Positions 49,795 through 61,649 of a stretch of DNA of 64,000 nucleotides are shown piece after piece. Source of the stretch: Sulfurospirillaceae bacterium. Lineage in GTDB: Bacteria; Campylobacterota; Campylobacteria; Campylobacterales; Sulfurospirillaceae. Numbering within the stretch: position 1 is the stretch's first letter; the number at the start of each line of letters is the position of its first letter. Below the pieces are notes generated by a model that did no database searches, was not told the origin of the DNA, and was given only the letters and a program-made list of their open reading frames with translations. The DNA is taken from positions 256,001 through 320,000 of the forward strand of contig JAWVXD010000002.1 of NCBI GenBank assembly GCA_033723415.1. Reading direction: 5' to 3'. The position numbers and the translations under genes were made by a program.

Positions 49795-51369
49795 TTACAA
49801 TATCTCTCTTATCATCAACTGTGGCGTAACTAAACCTCTATAATCATTTCTTGATAAAGTAAAGATTATATCTACTTTGTCTCCTACTCTTGCATCTTTG
49901 TCAAAATTGAAGAAAATAGACTCTAATGTATTGATATTGTCATGAAGTATCAATTTAAGATGATTCTGATCTTTACCTATCTTTTTATTTATCTTTACAA
50001 ATACATCTTTTAAAACAAAACTTGGTTTTGGATTTTTTTGGCCATATGGTTCAAACTCTTCTAGTATTTCCAATAACTCAAAATCTATTTCTCCAGGTTC
50101 TATCTCACCTAATATCTCTTGTCTGCTATTGAATTTTGAAGGTTCTATATCTCTGGCCGAAGCATACATCCTTTCTCTAAAAGCTTCTAAATTTTCTACA
50201 GGTAATGAAACTCCTGCTGCTCCCTTATGCCCGCCAAAGCCAAAGAGTAACTCTTTTTGCTGCGCGATAAGAGACAATATATCAACTTCTCCTACGCTTC
50301 TGGCACTTCCTTTTGCTTTATCTTCCGTTATAGAAAAAACGATGGCAGGCTTCTTAAATCTTTTCGAGAGTCTAGAAGCTACTATGCCGGAAACTCCTTC
50401 ATGCCAATCACTCCCCCATGCTATGATAATATTTTCTTCGTGTTTGACATATTTTAAAGAAGATTCAAATAGAATCTTTTCTTCATCTTTTCGGCTGTTA
50501 TTTAATCCAACGATATAATCCAGCTTTTCAAGAGCATCATCTAAATTTGTAGATTTTAAAAAGTTATATGAGAATTTTGCATCTTCCATTCTGCCTGAAC
50601 TATTTATTAAAGGTGCAATTAAAAAAGATATTTCGTCACTATCCAACGTTTTTTTACAAAAATATTTTTTAACGGCCTCAAAGGCAGGTCTTTTAGATTT
50701 ATTTAATGCTAAAATCCCTTTTTTCACCATCACTCTGTTTATATCTTTCAATTCCATCATATCAGCGATTATAGCGATGCATAATATATCTAAAAATGTG
50801 GAAAGATTATATTTGATATTCAATTTTTCCTTTATGGCAGCGGCTAAATACCAAGCAACCTGAGAACCGCATATCTCACAATTTGGGAATCTGCAGTCCG
50901 GTTGTTTTGGATTTACTATTGCATATGCTTCCGGAAGAACATTTGGGATATTATGGTGATCTGTTATAATAAGATCTATCCCGTTTTCTTTGCAATACAG
51001 AGCAGATTCAACTGCAGAGATACCGTTGTCAACTGTAATTATTACTTTTGCATCAAGCTTTTTGATGATATTCAAACTCAAACCATAACCATCTTGAAAT
51101 CTATTAGGTATGATCGACTCATGTTTTACGCCGATATCATCAAAAAATGTGCTTAATATTACAGAAGATACTACTCCATCCACATCATAATCACCAACAA
51201 TTGCTATCTTTTCATCATTTTTTATAGCACTGACAATTCGAGCAGAAGCCTTATCCATGTCTTTAAAATGATGAGGCTTAGGAAGTTCTTCTAGCTTAGT
51301 ACATTCATCGCTCTCGAATCTCTTAGCTAAAATATTTTTAATATCTTCCTTGGTTAGTTTACTTCCCAT
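49795..51369 (-). CDS. recJ: Single-stranded DNA exonuclease RecJ
   Basis: [38 protein letters not shown]. Start placed at MGSKL. Confidence 0.97.
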   Translation of the reverse strand: MGSKLTKEDIKNILAKRFESDECTKLEELPKPHHFKDMDKASARIVSAIKNDEKIAIVGDYDVDGVVSSVILSTFFDDIGVKHESIIPNRFQDGYGLSLNIIKKLDAKVIITVDNGISAVESALYCKENGIDLIITDHHNIPNVLPEAYAIVNPKQPDCRFPNCEICGSQVAWYLAAAIKEKLNIKYNLSTFLDILCIAIIADMMELKDINRVMVKKGILALNKSKRPAFEAVKKYFCKKTLDSDEISFLIAPLINSSGRMEDAKFSYNFLKSTNLDDALEKLDYIVGLNNSRKDEEKILFESSLKYVKHEENIIIAWGSDWHEGVSGIVASRLSKRFKKPAIVFSITEDKAKGSARSVGEVDILSLIAQQKELLFGFGGHKGAAGVSLPVENLEAFRERMYASARDIEPSKFNSRQEILGEIEPGEIDFELLEILEEFEPYGQKNPKPSFVLKDVFVKINKKIGKDQNHLKLILHDNINTLESIFFNFDKDARVGDKVDIIFTLSRNDYRGLVTPQLMIREIL

Positions 51370-53002
51370 GTTTTCTTTTTTCAGTTGTTGCATTTGCAAA
51401 AGCTACTAAGACTTTATTTGGGTTCGTCAATCTAGATGTAAATTCCGGATGAAATTGAACACCCAAGAAAAATGGATGCCCTTTTAACTCAACCGCTTCT
51501 ATCAGACCATCCGATTCGCCACTAACTATTAAACCAGCTTTCTCAAACTTTTCTCTATATGCGGGATTTACTTCATAACGATGTCTGTGTCGCTCTCTTA
51601 TTGTTTTTGCACCACCATATATCTTTTGGAGCATTGAACCATTTTTCGTATCACAGTTATACCCTCCTAAACGCATTGTGCCTCCGAGTGGACTTAAAAA
51701 TGTACGAAGCTGTTTTTTACCGCTGGCATCTATAAATGAATCGATCAAATATACTATAGGATTTTTACAATTTTGGTCAAACTCTATAGAATTTGCATCT
51801 TCGATTTTTAAAACATTTGTAGCAAATTCGATCAATGCCAACTGCATGCCTAGACAAATCCCCAAAAATGGAATTTTATTTTCTCTTGCATATTTGATTG
51901 CTTCCATCTTGCCTTTTACGCCTCTCTCTCCAAAGCCTCCTGCAACAAGTACACCATCAACATCGTCAAGTAAGCCAATACTTCCTTTTTCTTCCAGATC
52001 TTCAGAATCTACCCATTTTAAGTTTATCTTAGAGTTTAAATGTGCTCCAGCATGAACGAGAGATTCTGTTAAAGATTTATAAGATTCTTTCAAATCCAAA
52101 TATTTTCCTACAAAAGCAATAGTAACTTCTCCGCTTGGATCAACGACTCTTTTTACTAAAGTATCCCAGTTTTCCATATCAGGTTTCAAATCTCCAAGTT
52201 CCAGAGCTTCAGATATAGGAGCTAAAATATTTTCTTTTAAAAAGTTCAAAGGAACCTTGTATATCGTAGAAGCATCTGAGGCTTCAATGACTGAGTTTTT
52301 CTCAACGCCGCATGAAAATGCAAGTTTATTTTTTAAATCTTTTGTCAAAGGCATTTCACTTCTGCATATGAGCATATCCGGAGTTATTCCTATTCTTCTC
52401 AATTCTTGCACTGAGTGCTGTGTCGGTTTTGTCTTTAATTCTCCTGCAACCTTTATATAAGGGATAAGAGTCAAGTGTATATTCATAGCTCTTTTTTTGC
52501 CGACTTCTGTTCTGAGTGCCCTGATAGCTTCTAAGAAAGGAAGTCCTTCTATATCTCCGACAGTTCCGCCTATCTCAACCAAAAGTATATCTTTACCAAC
52601 ACCTGCTTTTTTGATTCTGCGGATTATTTCATCTACTATATGTGGAATTACCTGTATTGTCTGCCCAAGATAATCTCCTTTGCGTTCTCGCTCAATAACT
52701 GAAGAGTATACTCTCCCTGTTGTAAAGTTATTGTTTTGATGTAAATTTTCATCTAAAAATCGTTCATAATGACCTAGATCTAGATCAGTTTCTGCACCAT
52801 CATCAGTCACAAAAACTTCTCCATGTTCTAACGGACTCATAGTACCAGGATCTACATTTATGTAGGGATCAGCCTTTAATATACTGACGTTTAATCCGGA
52901 ATGCTTCAAAAGCGTTGCTATACTAGCTGCCGAGATTCCTTTACCCAGAGAACTCAAAACACCACCCGTAACAAATATATACTTCGTTTCTTTTTTACTC
53001 AT
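51359..53002 (-). CDS. pyrG: CTP synthase
   Basis: [39 protein letters not shown]. Confidence 0.99.
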   Translation of the reverse strand: MSKKETKYIFVTGGVLSSLGKGISAASIATLLKHSGLNVSILKADPYINVDPGTMSPLEHGEVFVTDDGAETDLDLGHYERFLDENLHQNNNFTTGRVYSSVIERERKGDYLGQTIQVIPHIVDEIIRRIKKAGVGKDILLVEIGGTVGDIEGLPFLEAIRALRTEVGKKRAMNIHLTLIPYIKVAGELKTKPTQHSVQELRRIGITPDMLICRSEMPLTKDLKNKLAFSCGVEKNSVIEASDASTIYKVPLNFLKENILAPISEALELGDLKPDMENWDTLVKRVVDPSGEVTIAFVGKYLDLKESYKSLTESLVHAGAHLNSKINLKWVDSEDLEEKGSIGLLDDVDGVLVAGGFGERGVKGKMEAIKYARENKIPFLGICLGMQLALIEFATNVLKIEDANSIEFDQNCKNPIVYLIDSFIDASGKKQLRTFLSPLGGTMRLGGYNCDTKNGSMLQKIYGGAKTIRERHRHRYEVNPAYREKFEKAGLIVSGESDGLIEAVELKGHPFFLGVQFHPEFTSRLTNPNKVLVAFANATTEKRKHGK

Positions 53003-53139
53003 TTAAACCAGCCTTGTATTCTATAATTAAACGCAATTATATCTGAAAGAACATTATGATAAAATATATAAAATAATAAAGTATACTAGTATGGGATTTT
53101 TTTAAAAGTTTAACAGCGATATCATATCGGAGAGATAAC

Positions 53140-54444
53140 ATGAACACGGAAAACATACTCAAAATTTTAAAAGAAGAGATCGTACCTGCACAAGGATGTA
53201 CTGAGCCGATAGCGTTGGCTTATGTTTGTGCAAAAGCTGTCAAGGTATTAAAAGAAAAACCGGAAAACATAACGATAGAAGTATCCGGGAACATGATAAA
53301 GAATGTAAAATCAGCAGGTATACCAAATTCAAATGGTCTAGTCGGAATAGAAGCGGCTTGTGCTATGGGAGCAATCGCAGGAGATGCAACAAAAGAGTTG
53401 ATGGTAATCAGTAAAGTTACAGCAGATGACATAGATAGAGTCAAAGAGTTTTTAGCTAAAGACAAGATAGAGGTCATCCACGCTAAAACAGAAATACCTC
53501 TGTATGCAAAAGCTACCGTATATAGCAAAGACAGCTCAGCTTCTGTAGAGATCAAACACTTGCATACAAATATAACAAAAATAGAAAAAAACGGAAAAAC
53601 TCTTATAAACAGAGCCTGCAATGATGCTCAATTTAACACTACTCATGAAGAGAGAGAAAAACTAAGCGTAAAAGAGATATATGAACTAGCCCAAAGCATC
53701 GATATAAATCTCATAAAAAATTTATTTGATTTAGTAATAAAGAAGAATAGTACGATCGCACAAGCAGGACTCGATGGTGAATATGGAGTAAACATAGGAT
53801 GCATGATAAACAAAAATATTGAGCAGGGTTTTTATGGCGATGACCAGCGAAACAGGTGTGCGAGTTTTGCGTCAGCCGGAGGAGATGCCAGGATGAGCGG
53901 GTGTTCTCTACCTGTCATGACAACCAGTGGAAGCGGGAACCAAGGCATGGCAGCATCTTTACCTATAATAAAATACTGCAAAGATCAAAATATCCCATAT
54001 GAAATGCTTATAAGAACTCTTTTCTTTTCGCATCTTACAACTATACACCTAAAATCAAGTATAGGTAGACTATCTGCTTTTTGCGGCGTGATCTGTGCAA
54101 CTAGTGCAGTAAGTGGAGCTTTAGCTTTTGTTCAGGGAGGAGATTATGAATCTGTATCTATGGCTATCACGAATTCTCTAGGAAATATTTCAGGCGTTAT
54201 CTGCGATGGGGCAAAAGCATCGTGTGCTATGAAGATCGCAACGGGGGTTTACACGGCATTTGATTCTTCTATGTTGGCTTTGTCCAAAAGAGCTTTACAC
54301 GGTGGAGATGGAATCGTTGGACAAGATATAGAGGATACTATAAAAAATATAGGCATTCTTGCAAATGACGGGATGAGAGAAACTGACAACATAATTTTGG
54401 AAATTATGGAAAAAAAGAAAATTTTCAACGAAAAATCTCTATAA
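53140..54444 (+). CDS. L-cysteine desulfidase family protein (CyuA/YhaM/CdsB, UPF0597)
   Basis: GCTEP, ARMSG, SGSGNQG, SAFCG, CDGAKASCA.K. Confidence 0.85.
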   Translation: MNTENILKILKEEIVPAQGCTEPIALAYVCAKAVKVLKEKPENITIEVSGNMIKNVKSAGIPNSNGLVGIEAACAMGAIAGDATKELMVISKVTADDIDRVKEFLAKDKIEVIHAKTEIPLYAKATVYSKDSSASVEIKHLHTNITKIEKNGKTLINRACNDAQFNTTHEEREKLSVKEIYELAQSIDINLIKNLFDLVIKKNSTIAQAGLDGEYGVNIGCMINKNIEQGFYGDDQRNRCASFASAGGDARMSGCSLPVMTTSGSGNQGMAASLPIIKYCKDQNIPYEMLIRTLFFSHLTTIHLKSSIGRLSAFCGVICATSAVSGALAFVQGGDYESVSMAITNSLGNISGVICDGAKASCAMKIATGVYTAFDSSMLALSKRALHGGDGIVGQDIEDTIKNIGILANDGMRETDNIILEIMEKKKIFNEKSL

Positions 54445-54688
54445 AAAACTAAAACTTCTAAATTCTTCAAATATCGGCACAAAATTAGCAAATTTTTGCT
54501 ATTTTTCTTAAAATCAACTTAATGCAAACTTTAATATTGATTAATTTTACACATGCGATAAGCAAAATAAATAATATTTTAGGTGTATTTTTGTTACTTT
54601 TGTGTTTTATTGAGCAATTATTCAGATACTTTTATTTTGTTTTAAGTTTATTTTGCATATAATTCCGAAAATATTTAAAGGATAAAAA

Positions 54689-54787
54689 ATGTTTGCAAAA
54701 CTAAATCCAATCAATATCTTAGGGATTATTGATTTTTTAGCTGTTATCAGTTTAGTTGCATTTGCTTATGCAGTGCTAATAAAATAA
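54689..54787 (+). CDS. Small single-pass membrane protein, 32 aa (not in ORF track)
   Basis: MFAKLNPINILGIIDFLAVISLVAFAYAVLIK. TATAAT at 54658-54663, AAGGA SD, strong hairpin immediately downstream. Confidence 0.65.
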   Translation: MFAKLNPINILGIIDFLAVISLVAFAYAVLIK

Positions 54788-54793
54788 GTACTT

Positions 54794-54838
54794 AAATCCA
54801 ATTAAAGGGCTATCCCCCATAGTTCTTTAATTGGATTT
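54794..54838. terminator. 20-bp hairpin terminator after the small ORF (may also serve marC)
   Basis: AAATCCAATTAAAGGGCTAT-CCCCC-ATAGTTCTTTAATTGGATTT. Confidence 0.75.
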
Positions 54839-54911
54839 GAAGAAATTCAATATCAATCTCCTTTGATGAGGGATACTTAAAAATATCCCTTTTTCTAATA
54901 CAAAATTTTCT

Positions 54912-55553
54912 TTATCTATAAAATTCTTTCACAAGAACACTGATGCCTGAAACCACAAATTGAACAGCTATAGCTCCAACTATCAAGCCCATCAATCTAC
55001 TTATTATCTTAGAACCGGTGATACCCATATATTTTCTGATATAGATACTATTTTTAAAAGCAAGATACACGGTAAATGCTACCAATAGGTAAGATAGGAC
55101 AAAAGCAGACAGTGCAGTTATACTTTCACTTTGATTTCTTATGATCACGATAGTAGCGAAAATCCCAGGACCAAAGGTTATCGGGATACCAAGTGGAATT
55201 ATGGAAAATTCATCATGTTTTAGAGCTTCAGCGCGCTCTTCTGATGTTTGATTTTTTGATTCTATAGAACCGTTTACCATCTTTATAGCCATCAAAAGTA
55301 AAACTATACCACCCATGACTTTGAGAGAATCTATCTCTATCCCAAACAGTTTAAGTAAAAAGTTTCCCGTTATAAGAACAATAAAAAATGCCACAATAAT
55401 GGTAAGTGTTGATTTTAATGCTATTTTGGACATAGTCTCTTTCGTAGTTCCCTCGGGCAATAAAGAGAGCATGATGGCACTCACTCCCAAAGGATCGACG
55501 ATCGCCATCATGGTTATGGTATCTTGCAACAATAGATTAAAAAAATGGTTCAT
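54912..55553 (-). CDS. MarC family membrane protein
   Basis: IVDPLG, GGIVL, PLGIPITFGPG, SRLMGL. Confidence 0.92.
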   Translation of the reverse strand: MNHFFNLLLQDTITMMAIVDPLGVSAIMLSLLPEGTTKETMSKIALKSTLTIIVAFFIVLITGNFLLKLFGIEIDSLKVMGGIVLLLMAIKMVNGSIESKNQTSEERAEALKHDEFSIIPLGIPITFGPGIFATIVIIRNQSESITALSAFVLSYLLVAFTVYLAFKNSIYIRKYMGITGSKIISRLMGLIVGAIAVQFVVSGISVLVKEFYR

Positions 55554-57232
55554 TAGAATTCTGTCTTCAGTATTGCACCATTGCTTGCATTTGTAACGAG
55601 TAATCTATATTGTTTGAGCCAGCTTCCTTTGATCTCTTTTTGTTTTGGCACAAAGCTAGATTTTCTTTTTTCTATCTCAGCATCGCTTAATTCAACTTCA
55701 ATAGTATATTTGTCAACATCTATATTTATAATATCTCCATCTTTTAACAAGCCGATCATACCGCCCTCGGCGGCTTCAGGACTTACATGACCTATACTTA
55801 AACCTCTAGTCGCCCCACTGAATCTTCCATCTGTTATAAGTGCGACATCTGCACCAAGTCCCATACCCATTATGAGGCTTGTAGGTGAGAGCATTTCTTG
55901 CATCCCTGGGCCTCCGCGTGGACCTTCATAGCGAATGACAACAACGTCGCCTTTTTTTACTTTTTTCTTTATAATCCCCTCGATAGCTTCTTGCTGTGAA
56001 TCAAAGCAAACAGCCGTACCTCTAAAACTTCTCTCTCCCGTGATACCTGCTGTTTTGATAACACAACCCTCGGTTGCAAGATTACCAAAAAGGATAGCAA
56101 GACCGCCGACTTTTGAGTAAGAGTTGTTGAGATTGTGGATGATGCTTTCATCTAAAATCTCTGATTTACCAACCCTCTCACCTATATTTTCACCGGTAAC
56201 TGTAAGATTGTCAAGAAACAAGGCTCCCGTGTCCATCTTGCTGATCTCATTCATCACGGCACTTACACCTCCGGCTCGATCAATATCTTCCATATGAACA
56301 GTTGAGAGAGATGGAGAAATTTTTGCGATATGAGAGACCTTTTTGCTAATCGCGTTGATATCTGCGATGTTAAAATTTACCCCTGCCTCTTTTGCGATCG
56401 CTAACATGTGAAGAACTGTATTGGTACTACCGCCCATAGCCATATCGATGGCAAAAGCATTTCTTACGGCTTTTTCATTGAGTATGTTTCTAAAATTAAA
56501 TTTCTCATCAAGTGCTATCTCACAGACTCGTTTTGCAGCTTTTCTTATCAATACTTCTCGCTCGGGGGTCAGGGCTGGAATCGTGCCGTTACCGGGCAAT
56601 GCTATACCCATAGCTTCCATGAGAGTATTCATACTGTTTGCCGTGAACATACCTGAACAACTTCCTCCAGTAGGGCAAGCATTGCACTCTATATCTTTGA
56701 GCTCGGCTTCGCTCATGTCCCCGTTTTCAAATTTACCCACAGCTTCAAAAGCAGTTGCAAGGTCTATAGGTTTTCCATCTTTAGTATGTCCTTTTTTCAT
56801 AGGTCCGCCACTTACGAAAACCGTAGGTACATTGACTCTAAGTGCACCCATAATCATACCAGGGACGATCTTGTCACAGTTTGGTATACAGATCATGGCA
56901 TCAAGCTTGTGTGCATTCATGACCGTCTCTATGGAGTTTGCTATCAATTCACGACTTGGAAGTGAATAAAGCATACCGTCATGTCCCATCGCGATACCGT
57001 CATCTACTCCTATCGTGTTAAATTCAAATGGAACACAACCATTCTTTCTAATCTCGTCTTTTATAATCTCGCCGTATTTATTTAAGAAAAAATGTCCCGG
57101 TATTATCTCAATAAAAGAGTTGGCAACTCCGATGAATGGCTTGTTAAAATCTTCCTCTTTGACACCGGTTGCTCGAAACAGACTTCTATGTGGCGCTCTG
57201 TCATAACCTTTTTTTACTTGGTCGCTGCGCAT
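55553..57232 (-). CDS. ilvD: Dihydroxy-acid dehydratase
   Basis: [53 protein letters not shown]. Confidence 0.98.
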   Translation of the reverse strand: MRSDQVKKGYDRAPHRSLFRATGVKEEDFNKPFIGVANSFIEIIPGHFFLNKYGEIIKDEIRKNGCVPFEFNTIGVDDGIAMGHDGMLYSLPSRELIANSIETVMNAHKLDAMICIPNCDKIVPGMIMGALRVNVPTVFVSGGPMKKGHTKDGKPIDLATAFEAVGKFENGDMSEAELKDIECNACPTGGSCSGMFTANSMNTLMEAMGIALPGNGTIPALTPEREVLIRKAAKRVCEIALDEKFNFRNILNEKAVRNAFAIDMAMGGSTNTVLHMLAIAKEAGVNFNIADINAISKKVSHIAKISPSLSTVHMEDIDRAGGVSAVMNEISKMDTGALFLDNLTVTGENIGERVGKSEILDESIIHNLNNSYSKVGGLAILFGNLATEGCVIKTAGITGERSFRGTAVCFDSQQEAIEGIIKKKVKKGDVVVIRYEGPRGGPGMQEMLSPTSLIMGMGLGADVALITDGRFSGATRGLSIGHVSPEAAEGGMIGLLKDGDIINIDVDKYTIEVELSDAEIEKRKSSFVPKQKEIKGSWLKQYRLLVTNASNGAILKTEF

Positions 57233-57311
57233 AATATTCCTTTAAATTTTTGATAATTATATCAAAAAGTACGCTATAATAAAATATCTAGTGACATATA
57301 TCGCAAACCCC

Positions 57312-57340
57312 TTTACATTTTGGAAAATAATTGCTATAAT
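57312..57340 (+). promoter_or_regulatory. Sigma70-type promoter of the tRNA cluster
   Basis: TTTACA-17 bp-TATAAT with an extended TG, 18 bp upstream of tRNA-Gly. Confidence 0.7.
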
Positions 57341-57358
57341 TTCGTCTCATTTTTGACT

Positions 57359-57433
<75 letters not shown>

Positions 57434-57465
57434 TAAAAATAGAGAGTCATAATAGAAAAGCGTTT

Positions 57466-57552
57466 GCCCGGGTGGCGGAATGGTAGACGCAAGGGACTTA
57501 AAATCCCTCGCTCATTTTGAGCGTGCCGGTTCAAGTCCGGCTCCGGGCACCA
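57466..57552 (+). tRNA. tRNA-Leu(TAA)
   Basis: GCCCGGG...AGGGA-CTTAAAA-TCCCT, long variable arm, ...CCGGGCACCA. Confidence 0.97.
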
Positions 57553-57583
57553 CCTTGCGTAATTTGGATTTGCTTTGTTCGGT

Positions 57584-57658
57584 GGCGATATAGCCAAGTG
57601 GCTAAGGCAGGAGCCTGCAAAGCTCTGATCCCCGGTTCAAATCCGGGTGTCGCCTCCA
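57584..57658 (+). tRNA. tRNA-Cys(GCA)
   Basis: GGCGATA...GGAGC-CTGCAAA-GCTCT...TGTCGCCTCCA. Confidence 0.97.
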
Positions 57659-57774
57659 TATTTATTTCTCATACTTATAAAGTAAAACTTCATAAGTATT
57701 CAATCACTAAAGCTTCGACTTTGTCGAGAATTTAGTTTTTCGAGTTTCTTGGTCAAACTCACTTTTATCATTGT

Positions 57775-57864
57775 CGGGAGATGGCAGAGCTTGGTTTAAT
57801 GCGGCGGTCTTGAAAACCGTTGAGGGTAACACCTCCGGGGGTTCGAATCCCTCTCTCCCGGCCA
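57775..57864 (+). tRNA. tRNA-Ser(TGA)
   Basis: CGGGAGA...GCGGT-CTTGAAA-ACCGT, long variable arm, ...TCTCCCGGCCA. Confidence 0.97.
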
Positions 57865-58000
57865 CTTCTTTTTAAAGATACTTCATAAAACATTCTTAAA
57901 TTCATACAAAAATTTTGTACTTAATTATTCAATAATTTAAATAAAATCTTATTCTTGATATTTTAAAGTATAATGATTATAAAGTTTTAAAAGGATGGTT

Positions 58001-58402
58001 ATGAAAAAACTAATAAAATTGGTTTTAATGATTTCAGTATTGGCATTTGTGTTCACGGGCTGTAGAACATCAACTTTACAGAATGTTAACGATAGTACAT
58101 TCGTCCCTACAAATGTAAAGCAAGTAAACTTGGACAATGTTGCCAGAGCTATCATCAGAGCAGGGGCTACTTTGGGATGGAATATGAAAAGAGAAAAAGA
58201 AGGTGAGATCATCGGAACTTTATACTTAAGAGACCATATGGCACAAGTTAGAATCCCTTACACGACCAATAAATATAGTATCTTATACAATGATAGCACA
58301 AATTTAAAATACGATGCAGCACAAAATATAATCCACTCAAACTACAATGGATGGATACAAAATCTCAATAAAGCGATTCAAATTCAACTGGGTTTGATGT
58401 GA
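58001..58402 (+). CDS. Conserved hypothetical lipoprotein
   Basis: MKK-hydrophobic-FTGC lipobox; W...LYLRDH, YSI.Y..S.NLKY, IHSNYNGWIQNL. Confidence 0.8.
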   Translation: MKKLIKLVLMISVLAFVFTGCRTSTLQNVNDSTFVPTNVKQVNLDNVARAIIRAGATLGWNMKREKEGEIIGTLYLRDHMAQVRIPYTTNKYSILYNDSTNLKYDAAQNIIHSNYNGWIQNLNKAIQIQLGLM

Positions 58403-59565
58403 TCAAAATGCATCACTTTTTTACCCATTTGAGTTGTTGATATTTTTTCAACAATTTTAAGAGAGATAGGAAATTTTATATTGCCTATCTCTCTTTTTAA
58501 TATACCGTTGACTTCTTTCAAACTGATCTGCTCGCTGCTTTCAAGATATATCTCCAACACCTCGTCTTTTAGCTCACCTTTATGATAATTTACCCTCACA
58601 TAGGCCTTTTTCACACTCTCTAAGCGCTCTAATATCTCTTCTACTTGTAGAGTTGAATATCTCTTTCCTCCGGCTTTAAAAATTTGTGAATTTCTTCCTA
58701 TAATCTTAAATCGATCACCTTCAAATTCAACATAATCAAAACTTTGTATCATGCTATTGGTTTTTTTGTACCCTTCTTCAAACAAAAGTTTTGATACAAA
58801 TGGTGAGTGTATTTTTAAAAGAGATTCTTCGTTTGTAGAAATACAGACACTTGATATCGGCGTCCACAATTCATCTGCCTGCGCTTTATACGCTATGCCG
58901 CCTGTTTCGGTTGAACCAAAAAACTGAAGTAAATTGGTATTGAATTTATTGATAAATTTTTTGGCGATTTCTGGCTCAAGCGGAGCAGTTGAGCTTATAA
59001 AGAGAACATCTTTGAGATCTCTTACTTCATCAAGTTGCAAGAGAGCCTTGATATAAAGCGGCGTTGTAACCACTACCGTATTTTGAGTGATGGCTTGCAG
59101 GAGATCATGTGGCAAAAAATGCTTCTTGAAAAATAGGTCGATACCCAATCTATAAGGCAAAAGCACCGATGACAAAATACCGTAAATATGGATGAAAGGA
59201 ACGGTCGAAATAACTTTTTTTGGATTGAACTTTTTGACCAATTTTATCCACTCATCCACTTCTCTCTCCAGATTTTCTCTGCTTTTAAATGCTCCTGTAG
59301 GCTTGCCTGTACTTCCTGAAGTGAACATCAACATAGAAAACTCTACATCTTTGAAGTCATTGTTTTTCAAAAGATCTTTGATGCTTTGATTTTCATCATC
59401 AAATAAAACTTGTTTTTGCCCATTCAAATACGCTTGGAAGATCTGCAATATTGAGTCTTCCTTACTACTTGAATCAACAAAGATGATATCTTGCCTGATT
59501 TTTTCCAGTGTATCAGGGTCATATACTCTTGTGCTAAGATCATCATCTTGTATTTCTATTTTCAT
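58384..59565 (-). CDS. AMP-binding acyl/aryl-CoA or acyl-ACP ligase (ApeH/XanA2-like)
   Basis: FTSGSTGKP, TVPFIHIYG, SSTAPL, FGSTETGG, GR...K.GGKR. Confidence 0.85.
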   Translation of the reverse strand: MKIEIQDDDLSTRVYDPDTLEKIRQDIIFVDSSSKEDSILQIFQAYLNGQKQVLFDDENQSIKDLLKNNDFKDVEFSMLMFTSGSTGKPTGAFKSRENLEREVDEWIKLVKKFNPKKVISTVPFIHIYGILSSVLLPYRLGIDLFFKKHFLPHDLLQAITQNTVVVTTPLYIKALLQLDEVRDLKDVLFISSTAPLEPEIAKKFINKFNTNLLQFFGSTETGGIAYKAQADELWTPISSVCISTNEESLLKIHSPFVSKLLFEEGYKKTNSMIQSFDYVEFEGDRFKIIGRNSQIFKAGGKRYSTLQVEEILERLESVKKAYVRVNYHKGELKDEVLEIYLESSEQISLKEVNGILKREIGNIKFPISLKIVEKISTTQMGKKVMHFDHIKPS

Positions 59566-61649
59566 CTTTTTCCCATCAATATTAAGATCAATATCCCCAA
59601 TAACCCAAGCGTTGCTACTTCTCCTATATAAAAAAGTGCTCCGATAGAGCTAAATACCAAGATACCAAAACCTGCAAACGTACTCATCAAAGAGAATAGA
59701 ATCGCTTGTTGGCTCTGCTTTGAGAGACCATGTCCGCTGATATAGATACCATAATCTATACTAAAAGAGACAACGATAAACAGCATAAAGATCTGCAGGA
59801 TATTCACACTTCCATGCGTTATCACAAGCAAACAAAAGGTGATCGGCAGAAGAGTATAAGAGAGGGCTTGAAAAAAGTTCTCTTTGGTCGCTTTGTATAT
59901 TATGAACAACATACACAATAAGATCAAAGTTCCACTCAACAACAATTGCTTATCGATTTTCTTTAGCAATGTTTGAAATAATTTTACAGAATCTACCAAA
60001 TAAACTCCGCTTGTTTTTTCATTTTGGTTTACAAAACCAAAACTATAGTAAAATGCTCCTTTATGTAGAATATCAAAGCCGTAGTTATTAAGTATATCTA
60101 CACTGTACTCAGGGGCTATCGGATTCAATAACCTCTTGGAATACGCATCTTTGAAAAAGTTTTTTCTAAAGCCGATTTGCTCAGATTCTTTCTGTATCTC
60201 ATCTTTGATGCCTGCAAAATCTATCGCATCCAAAAGTTTTTTTCTTTTCAAAAATTCACGCTCACTCAGAAGATTTGCAAGTGGCACGATAGCTCCCTTA
60301 TGCTGTACTTTAAAATCTATGTTCTTTTGTATCAGTGTATCAATGCTTTTAGCTTTGATCATGAAAGTTATCTTATCGCTGCTGCCAAGATGGCTTTTGA
60401 AAAAGCTTTCTACTCGCTTTAACTTCACATTGTTATAATCTAAATTTTTCATATCCATATCCATCTTCACATGGGAGAGAATATAACCGATTATAACAAG
60501 CAAGATCAATACAAGATATTTATAATTTTTAACGATACTCAAAGCCGGCAAATAAATATTCATCTCTCTTGCACGAAAGCCGATCTTTGGAAATAAAAAA
60601 GAGAAAATGATATAAGAATAAAGAAGTGAAGCACTAGCGTAAATACTCACCTGCCTTATAAAGGGAAACTGCACAAAAGAGATGAGAACGAAGGCCAAGA
60701 ATGTACTTAAAAAGCCAAAAAAGACCGACTTATTGAAACCTTTATCCTTTTCATAATACCCTAAGAAATAGTGATGAAACATATAATCGATCGCAACCGT
60801 ACTGATCGACATACCAAAAACCATGACAAAGATAGAAACTTCACCCCAAAGCTCAGTTACTACGAGTAAAGAAAGGATAAAGGAGCTAAGCAGTGTTACA
60901 ACCGTATTTGCAAGTAGCCCGATGTCTTTTAAAATCAGGATATAGAGCAAGAACAAGATACCAATCGCTATAGAAACTAAGATATTGACTTGAGATTTGA
61001 TGGCTTGTGAGTTTTCTACAAAATAAAAAACAGGACTAAATATCTTTGTATTCGTATTCATCTCTTTGTGAAACACATCATAAACTTTTTTGAAATCTGT
61101 GCCTTTTTTAAAAGAAAAGACACTCATATATCCATAATTTTTTAGGAATAAATGTCCCTCTTTAAAGCTCATAGCAACCCTTTGCTTTTTTTGCGAAAAA
61201 AGCTGAAGCGGGTCATCTTTGTCGATACTACTATAGTATAAACTAGAGATAAGGTTTTGATATGAGCCCTTTAAAGTTTTATCTACGGCTGATATATTTT
61301 TGCTATCAAAATCTTGCAAATAAAAACTATAATCTTTTAGATATTTTCGAAATTCAGGACTTGCAAAAAAACTCTTTTTTAATGCTATAAAATTATGACT
61401 CAAAACTCGCTTTTCTAAAGCTGTGATCTCTTTTGGATTATCTCCTTTGATAGCGACTAAAACTTCCCTTGATGTTTGAAAATCCCCATAGATTTTCAAC
61501 AGTTTTGTTTCTTGATTTTGAGGCAATAAGGAGATTAGATCGGTTGAGAGTTTTTTGTATGGAGAAAGGACAAAAAATAGTGCCAGCAAAATTAAAAATA
61601 TAAGTATATTAAGATATTTAACGAATTGTTTCAATCTTGATCCTGTCAT
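59562..61649 (-). CDS. MMPL/RND-like predicted exporter (ApeN-like)
   Basis: TDL..LLP, DDPL, two TM blocks with AIDY and SIDY motifs, STFAGFGIL. Confidence 0.8.
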   Translation of the reverse strand: MTGSRLKQFVKYLNILIFLILLALFFVLSPYKKLSTDLISLLPQNQETKLLKIYGDFQTSREVLVAIKGDNPKEITALEKRVLSHNFIALKKSFFASPEFRKYLKDYSFYLQDFDSKNISAVDKTLKGSYQNLISSLYYSSIDKDDPLQLFSQKKQRVAMSFKEGHLFLKNYGYMSVFSFKKGTDFKKVYDVFHKEMNTNTKIFSPVFYFVENSQAIKSQVNILVSIAIGILFLLYILILKDIGLLANTVVTLLSSFILSLLVVTELWGEVSIFVMVFGMSISTVAIDYMFHHYFLGYYEKDKGFNKSVFFGFLSTFLAFVLISFVQFPFIRQVSIYASASLLYSYIIFSFLFPKIGFRAREMNIYLPALSIVKNYKYLVLILLVIIGYILSHVKMDMDMKNLDYNNVKLKRVESFFKSHLGSSDKITFMIKAKSIDTLIQKNIDFKVQHKGAIVPLANLLSEREFLKRKKLLDAIDFAGIKDEIQKESEQIGFRKNFFKDAYSKRLLNPIAPEYSVDILNNYGFDILHKGAFYYSFGFVNQNEKTSGVYLVDSVKLFQTLLKKIDKQLLLSGTLILLCMLFIIYKATKENFFQALSYTLLPITFCLLVITHGSVNILQIFMLFIVVSFSIDYGIYISGHGLSKQSQQAILFSLMSTFAGFGILVFSSIGALFYIGEVATLGLLGILILILMGKR

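Noticed and set aside
57775..57864. tRNA-Sec or suppressor tRNA
   Set aside because: Anticodon is TGA (reads UCA, Ser), not TCA, and the acceptor stem is the normal 7 bp.
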